Part shown: in pieces, positions 9,701 through 17,833 of the stretch
Position numbering within the stretch: the stretch's first letter is position 1
Layout: the number at the start of each line of letters is the position of its first letter
From: Ostreococcus lucimarinus
Lineage: Eukaryota
Length of the DNA stretch: 64,000 nt
Strand: one strand, 5' to 3'
NCBI GenBank assembly: GCA_000092065.1
Contig: CP000599.1
Program-made: the position numbers and the translations under genes
The notes under the pieces: generated by a model
What the model saw: only the letters and a program-made list of their open reading frames with translations
Told to the model about the DNA's origin: nothing
The model's database searches: none

Positions 9701-12276
9701 GCGGCGAGGGTCACTTTCCTCAATTCGAACGCGGCGTCCCGCTCCACGATTTCGGCGGCGCGTTCAGCCTCGCGAAGCATGCGCGTCAAGTCGGAAACTT
9801 GCGTCTTCAATTCGGCGTTTTCCGTCATCAACGCCTTGACACGCCCTTCGAGTGCGCCGGCACGCATATCATCGCGCTCAAGCGCCTTGTTGGCCGTGCG
9901 AAGTTCGCTGACTGCGCGCTCGAGTTCGCTGACCTTCGCTTTGAGTTGCTTTACGCGCGCGATGGCTTCGTCCTTGGCGATTTCTTCCGAGCGAACGCGG
10001 TCTTTGAGTTTTGCCACCTCATCGACAGTCATCCCAGATACACCTTCGAGCTCGGAGACGCGCGCATCCGTCTTGCGTTCGACTTGAGTGCGTTGGTACG
10101 TGTACTCCAACTGCACTTTTTCCAGACGCGAAGTCACCTCGCGGCACTCTTCGCTCAATTCATCGTTCCTCGCGTTGGACGCCTTCAGTTCGTCTTCCAA
10201 ATTACGCACGCGTTCGCCCAAGTTGCGCGCTTTTTCGTCGCTCTGCGAAGCAGACGTCATGGATTTTGCGACAAGCACTTGCAACTCTTCTTCCATTTCC
10301 TTTACCTTGAGCTGCTCCGCTTCGAGTTTTTGCGTGAGAGAGAACTCAACTGCCATTTGCTTCCCGAGCTCTGCTTTGGCGGTTTCCAAGCTCTGAAGCG
10401 CTTCGTCGACATCTGTTTCACTGGTGGTGCGCTTGCTCATGAAAACGTTGATATTTTCGATCCAAGCGGCGACGGGCATGCCGACTGAGGTTTCAATAGA
10501 CGGAATTTCCGGCGATGACTCCGGCTGCGTTGGCTCTTCCTTCGTCTCCGTCGCTTGAGCTTCGATCTTGGCTTGTTCGCGCTCGCGTTCTTCCTGCGCC
10601 GCCTTGGCCTTAGCCTCGCGTTCCTCCTGCGCCGCCTTGGCCTTAGCCGCGCGTTCCTCCTGCGCCGCCTTGGCCTTAGCCGCGCGTTCCTCCTGCGCCG
10701 CCTTGGCCTTAGCCGCGCGTTCCTCCTGCGCCGCCTTGGCCTTAGCCGCGCGTTCCTCCTGCGCCGCCTTAGCCTTGGCCTTGGCCTCGCGTTGTTGGCG
10801 CTCGCGTTCTTCCTGCGCCGCCTTGGCTTTGGCTTCGCGCTCTCTTTGAGACGCTTGGGCTTTCAAATCGCGCTCGCGCTGTTCGCGTTCACGTTTCTCT
10901 ACGAGTGCCTTTGCTTTGGCTTCGCGCTCGCGCTGCTGACGCTCGCGCGTCTCCTCTTGCTCGCGTTTGCGCTTCAAGCGGTCGAGCTCCGCCGCCTTGG
11001 CTTTCGCCTCGCGCGCTTGCACGGCGCGAATCTCCTCCTGCTCGCGCAAGAAGACGGCATTCTTCATCGCTGCCTTTTCAGTGTCTCGGGCTTTATAATA
11101 GACGTCGATCGCCGCGAGCACAGACGCCGGAATCTTGTTGCGAGGCGTCTGTTCTTCCATATCGGCGATAGTCTTGCAAACGGCGGCGTCAAGCTCGTCG
11201 CTCGAAGCCGCGAGCTTAGCCGCGAGCTCTGGCGCGCCCGAGATTTGCGAAAAAGCCTCCGCGAAGTCCAAACGAAGCGCTTGTCGACCTTCGGTCGTGG
11301 TGAGCAAACGCCTGTACACGGTGCCGTAATACGCCGTGACGACGAAACCGACGAGCTGTTCGAGCGCCGCGAGCGGCGGGTTGGATTCTAAACTCGACAA
11401 AACGGCGTCAATGGAAACCGTGGACAACACCGCCGTGACCGCGATCCCGGTCACGGCGCTGTACGCCACGCCCTGACGCAACGCGCGCTCGCGCGTGCGC
11501 TCGTACTCTTCCCAACTCGAATTCGCCTCGGCGTCGAATTCGCCATCCTTGTACTTTTTCAAATCCTCCAACAAGCTCGTCGTCTCTTTCGCCGTCTTCG
11601 CCGTCAGCGCCTTCACCGTCGCCTCCGCCTCGCTCTCATCTTTCGCCGCGAGCAAACTCGCGATCTTAGAGCTTATAAACGCCGCCTTCTTCGCCGCGTC
11701 CGCGAGCTCCGCCGGAATCGCTTCGTCTTCGTTCGCCCGCGCCTCCCGCGTCGATCGATCCAGCACTCGCCTTCCCGCGTCTCGCGCCCTCGACACCACC
11801 GCCGACGACGTCTCCGACTCTTCCTCTTCGTTTCCCGTCTCTCCCGTCGCTTTCACGATCGCGATTCGCTTCGATTCGCGTCGTCGTCGCGCCTTCGCCG
11901 CGCCTCGCGCGCCTCGTCGCGCCCCGCCGTCGATCCTTCCCGCCACCGTCGCCGCGATCGCCATCGCGACGCCCCCGGACGACGCGAGCGGTCGCGTCGC
12001 GTCGACGCGCGCGCGCGCGGTCGCGCTCGGTGCGCGCGCGCGACGAGCGCCGCGCGCGGGATCGGCAGACGGCGCTGCGATTTCAAACTTCGCGCGTCGA
12101 TTTCGTCGCGAAACCGCGTCCGCGGCGCGCGAGATTCGCGCGAGGCGCTCGCGTTCGCGCGCGCTCGCGTTCGGCGCGCGCTCGCGTCGCGCGTCGCGCG
12201 CGCGTGTGCGGTCGGCGAGGCGCGCGTTCGACGACGGTCGACCGCGCGGGTGGGTAAACAGTGCGGTACATTTCAT
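6727..12276 (-). CDS. Giant coiled-coil protein with N-terminal hydrophobic segments, a SAP domain and a duplicated C-terminal domain
   Basis: 1849-aa ORF with more than 1000 aa of heptad-rich Glu/Ala/Lys/Arg sequence. SAP-like LTALSKMKRDELIAECAARGLDATGLAAELRSRL. Two C-terminal repeats (YRTVGGVRYDNAAL... and YRVIDGAKYDDKAL...). The start may really be Met at 11964, because the CBS gene stop lies only 39 nt upstream of 12276. Confidence 0.75.
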   Translation of the reverse strand: MKCTALFTHPRGRPSSNARLADRTRARDARRERAPNASARERERLARISRAADAVSRRNRRAKFEIAAPSADPARGARRARAPSATARARVDATRPLASSGGVAMAIAATVAGRIDGGARRGARGAAKARRRRESKRIAIVKATGETGNEEEESETSSAVVSRARDAGRRVLDRSTREARANEDEAIPAELADAAKKAAFISSKIASLLAAKDESEAEATVKALTAKTAKETTSLLEDLKKYKDGEFDAEANSSWEEYERTRERALRQGVAYSAVTGIAVTAVLSTVSIDAVLSSLESNPPLAALEQLVGFVVTAYYGTVYRRLLTTTEGRQALRLDFAEAFSQISGAPELAAKLAASSDELDAAVCKTIADMEEQTPRNKIPASVLAAIDVYYKARDTEKAAMKNAVFLREQEEIRAVQAREAKAKAAELDRLKRKREQEETRERQQREREAKAKALVEKREREQRERDLKAQASQREREAKAKAAQEERERQQREAKAKAKAAQEERAAKAKAAQEERAAKAKAAQEERAAKAKAAQEERAAKAKAAQEEREAKAKAAQEEREREQAKIEAQATETKEEPTQPESSPEIPSIETSVGMPVAAWIENINVFMSKRTTSETDVDEALQSLETAKAELGKQMAVEFSLTQKLEAEQLKVKEMEEELQVLVAKSMTSASQSDEKARNLGERVRNLEDELKASNARNDELSEECREVTSRLEKVQLEYTYQRTQVERKTDARVSELEGVSGMTVDEVAKLKDRVRSEEIAKDEAIARVKQLKAKVSELERAVSELRTANKALERDDMRAGALEGRVKALMTENAELKTQVSDLTRMLREAERAAEIVERDAAFELRKVTLAADQRRRELEHQYANEERRIKNLEADAKKAIENSARLEKQFATLLDEDKTARELYDAKREAEVAMEDAATARAALAKVEAKLETRSANEQSYATLKMSRALDAASAETKQAQAQLQEMRDSVAQMERSLNESSRAEKEQMKSEIERLRAEKESALETLKSAEARAESQALELRQALARVQEEKAAAQSRLDGEQNARLSDMAKLQETVARLTEEKSAFERELANAVDSTALDASRAECETLRGQLQAKTDELNKAEKAASESARTYASEISSLKSASSAEKDAINAAAANEALRRQGEIDRLVEERNDVRNALAELEAKAAENAVASEKERERIAEALRVSEAKLATAVDSSEARIAEIRAKYDELVAEKSEVDRAYAESKKSIDDAMSQSEQNVAAARTAVAQVEERFTALEVEIKRLRAEKSRVDARLVEETSKSDGLVSDIERLVEEGSARELSAASAAEAFESLKGQLTDAERRASEANARFEALKAKTASLVEASELEAARDDARRAENAWREKLRIAELEQEELRDEIERTRAEASEATRLRSMSDELERKLAEADDRASELARELRSEQEAAAAALAAIAAERDELTRNLTEARAKVEASSSALNDDVERELRADLARMEARLAAAEDDADVARERAQEEFAVEAQTIAERAASDLAEAESRFATQLEELEAKLSSATLAIKEAEAKTEALAKRAAKAETAAERASGAQVPAPSTPTPVIVSTETSSPGVDAASEERPAIVFEPSSLTALSKMKRDELIAECAARGLDATGLAAELRSRLRDARLTEKNALTQQQRAQKRKAPQGFYRTVGGVRYDNAALCLADTFMAERGEIDRAGAEKIYESVFDGAGITKIELETLALVLAGGGGRYAYVLSDAAATYLQPRIDARREEIESGLTKSASKQYRVIDGAKYDDKALSIADASVKKSGAVSLAAAERVFDAVLDGAGATAREIATLVYIAESMPPASDDVTAYLTLKINELRAR
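10585..10840 (-). repeat. 33-bp in-frame tandem repeat (about 7 copies, 4 of them identical) encoding AKAKAAQEERA units
   Basis: The unit gcgttcctcctgcgccgccttggccttagccgc is repeated back-to-back at 10618, 10651, 10684 and 10717, with degenerate copies on both sides. Confidence 0.9.
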
Positions 12277-12315
12277 CGGTCGGTCGGACGCTCGACGGCA
12301 TCGATCGAGTCGCGC

Positions 12316-12901
12316 TCACGCGGCGGGCGCGCTCGATCGCGTCGGACGCGAGCCTCGTAAGCGCGGCTGTCGGACGCGCTCGAAGAATTCTTGCCAAAAC
12401 GGGAGCTCGTACGCGCGACCGACCTCGCGAGCGATGTCCCACGCCGAGACGAGGCCGACGAAGACGCCGTCTCGGTCGGTGACGGCGACGTGGTGCACGC
12501 GATTGCGCATCAGCACGGCGCTCACCTCATCGCGCGTCATCCACGGACTCGCCTGAATCACCGCCTTGTTCGCCACCGCGCCGCACGCGCAGTCCATGGG
12601 AAGCTTTTCGAGCCACCACTCCAGCGCGTCCGCCTTGGTGACGACGCCGACCGGTTTCCCGGCGTCGAGCACGCACACGCACCCGACGCCGTCGTAGGCC
12701 AGCGCGTGTACGACGCTCTCGATCGTATCGTCCGTCGTCGCCGTGATGCACCTGCGCGAGCGAAACGCGCGCGCGCGGTTCAGTCGAACGTCCTCGCGCG
12801 CGCCGTCGCCTCGTCGTCTCGCGCGTCGCCGCGTCGCGCGTCGTCGCCTCGCGCACGCACGCGCGCGCGGGGGTCATGAAATCTCGGCACGTCGGCACCA
12901 T
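12316..12901 (-). CDS. CBS-domain pair protein, two exons (12861..12901 and 12316..12751)
   Basis: Exon 1 is MVPTCRDFMTPARA. Exon 2 is CITATTDDTIESVVHALAYDGVGCVCVLDAGKPVGVVTKAD ... VHHVAVTDRDGVFVGLVSAWDI. The two ORF-track fragments (12527..12901 and 12316..12678) are joined in phase. Total length 477 nt. Confidence 0.7.
12752..12860 (-). other. Spliceosomal intron (109 nt) in the CBS gene
   Basis: On the minus strand: GTGCGTGCGC donor, TTCGACTGAACC branch, CTCGCGCAG acceptor. Confidence 0.6.
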
Positions 12902-13020
12902 CGTCGGCGAGTCGCGCGTTCGGTCGGTCGGTCGGTCCGTCGGTCGCGCGTTCGTTCGTTCGGTCGCGCGTCGAGCTTTGCGAACTCCCCCCCCCGTCGG
13001 TTCGAGGCGCTTTGATGCGT

Positions 13021-13108
13021 CGTCTAAATATCTAATTATATGGCCCTATACCATTCTTAGTACGGTCTCGTACTCGTATTTAAGTATACATACCATCTGT
13101 ATACATAG
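13021..13108. promoter_or_regulatory. AT island between divergent CBS (-) and ARM-like (+) genes
   Basis: tctaaatatctaattatatggccctataccattcttagtacggtctcgtactcgtatttaagtatacataccatctgtatacatagg. It has two GTAC cores and one CGTAT. Confidence 0.4.
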
Positions 13109-13308
13109 GAGAGCCGTTGCGACGCCCGCGCGGCACACGTCCACGCGCGCCCGCGTCCTCGCGCGGCGCCGGCGCGCGCGCGCGCGGCGCGACCCGATCG
13201 TGTTCGCCCCCGCGCGCGCCCGCATGCGCGCTCGCGCGCTCGAACGCGCCGCGGACGAAGGATTCGACGAATAATCTTTAGAATTTCACATTCGCACTCG
13301 CGCGCGCG

Positions 13309-15375
13309 ATGTCGCGCGACGCGCTCGGAGAACGCTCGACGCGGACGTTGACGGCGTACGGACGTCCGTCGACGTCGCCGCTGGCGGAGAGCGCGAGAGA
13401 ACTGGCGAGGACGACGATGGCGGGACGACTTCGGGACGCGGCGACGACGACGCGACGAGGACGGCGAGACGACGAGGGCGAGGACGAGTACGAGAGCGCG
13501 ACGACGACGAGCGAGACGACGAGCGCGACGGCGAGTTTGATTGGGTCGTCGGTGATCGAATTCGGGCGCGAGCGGGAGGGCGCGAGGAGACTGCGGGGGA
13601 GGGATCGGTTCGGAACGGCGGCGCGGCGCGAACGATTCGAAGAGTCGAAGCGAACGGCGAAGACGCGAGGGACGTTTGACGTGGCGGAGAACGCGAGATT
13701 GGCGCTCGAGGCGAAGGAGGCGCAGTTGCAGAAGATGGCGGCGCGATTGCGAGCGTTGGAGCGCGAGCGGGAGCGGGAGCGCGGGCGTGAGATGGACGAG
13801 GAGCGGGAGACGTTTGCCGACGCGGCGAACGATTTAGAGGGGGAGATGGCGGCGGCGATGGCGAGGTTACGAGGCGACGCTGGCGGCGCGACGACGTCGC
13901 GTCAGCAGACGACGAAGTCGTCGCGCGCGCGCGAGGACGCGGGCACGTTTGCGTTCGCCCCGGATGCTTTCGCGAGTCGCGACGGCGACGACCCCGCGAC
14001 GCCCGAGCTGCCGCGCGGGCGAGGCAAAGCGGAGGAACACGGCGATGACGTCGAGATGACGAAGACGCCGGAGATAAAGCCGATGCACCCACCGCGCGCG
14101 CCACCGTCAGAGCGCTCGGACGCCGAGATTTCGGAGTCGAAGACGCCTGAACCGATCAAACCAGGCGTACGCGTGGACGGCGGATACCTCACGCCGAGCG
14201 GTCGAGTCGTCGGGAGCGCGTTGAAATCGGGTTCGTCGAAGCCGAAGACGCCGAACGAATCCAAGTCCGTCGTATTCACACCCGGAGAGATCGCGCAGTA
14301 CTCGGACGCGGGAACGCCGTTCGACGCGGCCGATGTAGAAGAGTTGCGCGCCGAGCTCCGCGAAGTCAGGGCGGCGCTCAAGAGCGCGTTCAGCGTGAGT
14401 GAAAAACTCGTCGCGCAGTGCGAAAAGAAGAATAGGGAGATCAAGGAAAAGAATACGAGCGTCATGCTCGCGCGCGAGGAGCTGGAGAACGCGCGCGCAG
14501 CGCTCGAGCGAGCGCAAAAAGAAGCGCTAGAGGCGAAGAAGTCCGTCGCCGGCGTCCCGGCGGGCGATCTCGCCGAGGCGTACGAAAAGAGCAAACGTTT
14601 GAATAGCGAACTCTTGCGCGTGATGCGCGCGTCGATCGGGGTGAATGTCGAATTAAGTCCGGACGTTGTGTTCGCAATTCTACCCACGCTCGCGAGCTTA
14701 GCCGTGCGGGGAGACGTCGCCGAGGCCATGGCGCAGGGCGGCGCCTTGGACGCCCTCGCGGGAGCGTTGGATTTGTTCGCGCACGACCCCGCGGTTTGTC
14801 GCAAAGCCATCGCCGCGATCGAATCTATTTGTCGCGCCGGATCTCCCGACGCTAGCGGGGCGACTCAAGACGAAGAGATCATCGCCATTCGCTCGAGATT
14901 GACGAACGAAGCCGTGGACGCGTGCGGCGCCGCCGTGGCGCGATGCGCGTACGATCACGTCGCCGACGCGCGATTGAGCGAAGCCATTTGCGCGCTCGCG
15001 CACGCGTTCGCCGAGATCGGCGATTATGATCGCGTTCAGTTCTTGATTGGACGTGAATGCGCGCTGGTGCAAGCGATTTGCAAGATCTCTAAGACGCACG
15101 AGCACGACGAGCGAACGCAGCGCGCGTCTTCGTTGGCGCTCGCCGCGTTCGCCGCGTGCGACGAGAACACCAAGCGCGTCGTCGAAAGTCTCGGTGGCAT
15201 CGCGCTCATCAAGCGGTGCGTGCAGGAACTCGGAATAGATGACGCGCAGCGCGCGTTTCCGCACGTCAAGCGATGGATTTCCGGGAAGAAGACGCGCGAG
15301 GACAGAGAACGCGGCGCCCGCGGTTTCGACTCGGACGACGGCGAAGCCGACGTCGACGTCACGGGAAATCTATGA
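13309..15375 (+). CDS. Hypothetical protein with coiled-coil middle and armadillo/HEAT-like C-terminal region
   Basis: 688-aa ORF from ATG 13309. The N-terminus is Arg/Asp/Glu-rich. The central segment ELRAELREVRAALKS...LENARAALERAQKEALEAKK is coiled-coil-like. The C-terminal helical repeats include LASLAVRGDVAEAMAQGGALDALAGALDLF. Confidence 0.65.
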   Translation: MSRDALGERSTRTLTAYGRPSTSPLAESARELARTTMAGRLRDAATTTRRGRRDDEGEDEYESATTTSETTSATASLIGSSVIEFGREREGARRLRGRDRFGTAARRERFEESKRTAKTRGTFDVAENARLALEAKEAQLQKMAARLRALERERERERGREMDEERETFADAANDLEGEMAAAMARLRGDAGGATTSRQQTTKSSRAREDAGTFAFAPDAFASRDGDDPATPELPRGRGKAEEHGDDVEMTKTPEIKPMHPPRAPPSERSDAEISESKTPEPIKPGVRVDGGYLTPSGRVVGSALKSGSSKPKTPNESKSVVFTPGEIAQYSDAGTPFDAADVEELRAELREVRAALKSAFSVSEKLVAQCEKKNREIKEKNTSVMLAREELENARAALERAQKEALEAKKSVAGVPAGDLAEAYEKSKRLNSELLRVMRASIGVNVELSPDVVFAILPTLASLAVRGDVAEAMAQGGALDALAGALDLFAHDPAVCRKAIAAIESICRAGSPDASGATQDEEIIAIRSRLTNEAVDACGAAVARCAYDHVADARLSEAICALAHAFAEIGDYDRVQFLIGRECALVQAICKISKTHEHDERTQRASSLALAAFAACDENTKRVVESLGGIALIKRCVQELGIDDAQRAFPHVKRWISGKKTREDRERGARGFDSDDGEADVDVTGNL

Positions 15376-15459
15376 TGAATCTTAGTGTTGGCTATTTATA
15401 ATCTAATTTCTACTAGCAGCGATCGAACGAGCGTTTCGCCCGACTCGGCCGCGCCCGCG

Positions 15460-16602
15460 CTAACTCGACGCGTCGTCCGAACGTTTCTCTCGCGCGCCGA
15501 TGAACGCCGACATTTCCACCGCCGCCGTTCGAGTCGGCGACGCGTACGCGTCGTCGTCGTCGTCGTCGTCGTCGTCCATCGTCGCGCGCGTGAGCACGAC
15601 GAACCCATCGCCCGCGGCTCGAGCCCCGCCCTCGTCGTCGCCCTCGTCGTCGTCGCTCGCGAAATCGACGTCGTCCGCGAGATCTCCCAACCCCGTCTGC
15701 GCGTCCTCCGCGCCGACCCCCCGCGCTCGCGCCGAGAGCCGCGCGCACCCGAACGCCGTCGCCAACTCCACCGCCATCTCCCCTCGCGCCGGGTGCGCCA
15801 ACACGAACACGATCGCGTGCACCGCCCCCTGCGACGTCTTACACGCGACGTGCGCGCACGCGAGCCACAGCGCCGGCTTCGCTCGCCCCGCCAGCGTCGA
15901 CGCCCGCAGCGCCGTCCCCGGCACGTTCGTCACCACCTGCGCGATCGGGTACCACGCCAACCGTCGCACGTACGTCCGCAATCGCGCGTGCGCTCGCCGC
16001 GCCGTCGCGTCGTCGCGCCCCAACGTCGCCTCGAGCGCCGCCGCGCTCGCCATCCCGCGACGAATCGCGCGCCAGCAGCGCGCGTTGTAACAAAACGCCG
16101 CCCAAATCGGGACGTAATAAAAAACCAACCGGATTGTCGCCGCGCGCCTCCCCTCCGATTTCACGTGACACCGCCCCAGCCTCGAATCGCCGTACGCGTT
16201 CGCGAGCATCGGCGCGAGCGCCGACGCCGCGCACGCCGTCCACGCGAATCCGTCCTCGCGTCGCGCGTCGCCCCTCGCGCGTCCCGCGCGCAGGCTCTCC
16301 ATCAGCGCCCGCGACACGAGCGCCGCCCACACCGCGCCGGCGACGCCGAACGTCTGTATCAACGCGCCCTGCAAAGCGCAGATCGCGCCGCCGCGCGCGC
16401 CGCGATCGCCGAGCGCGCACGCCGTCGAAAACATCAAATCGCTCAGCGCCAATCGTTTCACGTACGCGTACGTCCTGCCGCGCGTACTGCGCGTCGCGAT
16501 CGCGCCCGCGAGGAGCACGAACGACGCGCCGGCGATCGACGCCGCTGAAGCGACGCGGTTCGTCGCGCGCACGATCGCGCGTTCGTCGGGCGTCCACGAC
16601 AT
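15460..16602 (-). CDS. 7TM receptor-like protein (cAMP-receptor/GCR1-type GPCR family, tentative)
   Basis: Starts MSWTPDE at 16602 and has seven hydrophobic segments. Family-like landmarks are CALQGALIQTFGVAGAVWAA, RLVFYYVPIWAAF, LAWYPIAQVV and SQGAVHAIVFVL. The tail is acidic and poly-Asp. The upstream part of ORF 15460..17727 is non-coding. Confidence 0.6.
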   Translation of the reverse strand: MSWTPDERAIVRATNRVASAASIAGASFVLLAGAIATRSTRGRTYAYVKRLALSDLMFSTACALGDRGARGGAICALQGALIQTFGVAGAVWAALVSRALMESLRAGRARGDARREDGFAWTACAASALAPMLANAYGDSRLGRCHVKSEGRRAATIRLVFYYVPIWAAFCYNARCWRAIRRGMASAAALEATLGRDDATARRAHARLRTYVRRLAWYPIAQVVTNVPGTALRASTLAGRAKPALWLACAHVACKTSQGAVHAIVFVLAHPARGEMAVELATAFGCARLSARARGVGAEDAQTGLGDLADDVDFASDDDEGDDEGGARAAGDGFVVLTRATMDDDDDDDDDAYASPTRTAAVEMSAFIGAREKRSDDASS

Positions 16603-16827
16603 TGTGGATTGAAAATTCGCGATCCGATGATTCGCGTCGCGATCGCGCGGCGTTCGGTTCGACGCGCGTCTCGATCGTCTCGGAACGTGTTCGCGATCGT
16701 TTACGACGCGTCGACGCGTCGACGCGCGGCGCGCGCGCGGCGCGATCGCGCGATTCGACGCGGGGGCGATCGATCGACGGCGGTGATTCGCGGACGCGAA
16801 CGCGAACCGTCGCGATCGGACACTCGG

Positions 16828-16905
16828 GTATAGGTATTGTGTTTCATATGATAAATATAATGTATAGAACGTGATAGTAATAAAAGGTAGTCGTATATAT
16901 AGGAT
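16828..16905. promoter_or_regulatory. AT island between divergent 7TM (-) and USP (+) genes
   Basis: ggtataggtattgtgtttcatatgataaatataatgtatagaacgtgatagtaataaaaggtagtcgtatatatagg. Confidence 0.4.
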
Positions 16906-16956
16906 GCACGTCGTGCGCGACGGCCGGCCGCGACGGTTCGCGCGACACGACGACGC

Positions 16957-17767
16957 ATGGCGAACGCGACGGACGCGTCGGCGATCGTCGACGACCGCGC
17001 GACGACGGCCGACGACGACGACGACGTGACGAGCTCGATGCGCGCGCTGCGCGTCGGCGACGACGGCGAGGACGAGGACGCGCCTCGACGCGCGCGAACG
17101 ATACTGTGCCCGGTGACGGAGCGCGACGACGACGCGAACGCGGTGAAGTGGGCGCGCGATAATCTCGTCGACGCGAAGCGCGGCGATTGCGTGCACTTGC
17201 TTCACATTCTGCCGCGGCGAACGGAGGCGGTGGCGGGGTACGCGTACCCGATGATGGGGGCGCCGACGCGGCGAGGTGGGCGCGTCTCGTCTCGCGCGCG
17301 CGCTCTCGTCTCGCGCGCGCGCTCTCGTCCCGGCGGCGGCGGCGAAGGCGCGAGACGACTGACGGTTCGGTTCGCGAACGCGAGCGCGCGCAGCGTGCGA
17401 AGAGCTCGAAGACGCCGAGCGCGAGCGCAAGCGATTGGATCGCGTCAGGGCGAAACACTGGATCAACGCAAAGTTTGGACGAATGTTGCGCGAGAGCGAG
17501 ACGCCGTACCTCGTCGATTTGACGTGCGGATCGCAGGGGAACGTGGCCGTCGGCGAACTCATCACGGCCGTCGCGGAGGCGATCGACGCGGACGTGATCG
17601 TGATGGCGACGCACAATCGAGGCGCGCTCGCTCGATTCTTCGTCGGATCGGTGGCGAATTTTTGTTTGCGAAACGCCACGATGCCCGTCGTGCTGTTACG
17701 TCCGGGCGAGTACGCGCTCGATCGCAAGCGCAGTCATCACCGCGTGTTGATCGACAGACACGATTAG
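16957..17767 (+). CDS. Universal stress protein (USP-A family), two exons (16957..17275 and 17394..17767)
   Basis: ILCPVTERDDDANAVKWARDNLV...CVHLLHILP at the N-terminus, and GELITAVAEAIDADVIVMATHNRGALARFFVGSVANFCLRNATMPVVLL at the C-terminus. The two frames join in phase across a 118-nt intron. Total 693 nt. Confidence 0.7.
17276..17393 (+). other. Spliceosomal intron (118 nt) in the USP gene
   Basis: G|GTGGGC donor, ACGACTGACGG branch at 17355-17365, GCGCGCAG acceptor ending at 17393. It contains an internal direct repeat of gtctcgcgcgcgcgctctc. Confidence 0.55.
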
Positions 17768-17833
17768 ACGAGTCGCGCGCGCGGGCGCGAATCGATGAAA
17801 ACGACGATCGATTTCTTTACAAACACCGTCAAA

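Noticed and set aside
10585-10840. Regularly spaced 33-bp repeats, and the 75-bp repeats at 57132-57369, considered as a possible CRISPR array.
   Set aside because: The units are directly abutting with no unique spacers. The first array lies in frame inside a eukaryotic coding sequence. The genome is eukaryotic (introns, SKP1, MED31, LEO1) and there are no cas genes.
16603-17727. N-terminal 375 aa of ORF 15460..17727, upstream of the 7TM protein.
   Set aside because: It runs antisense through the USP gene and across an AT island (translated as ILYIRLPFITITFYTLYLSY...). The receptor begins at MSWTPDE (16602).
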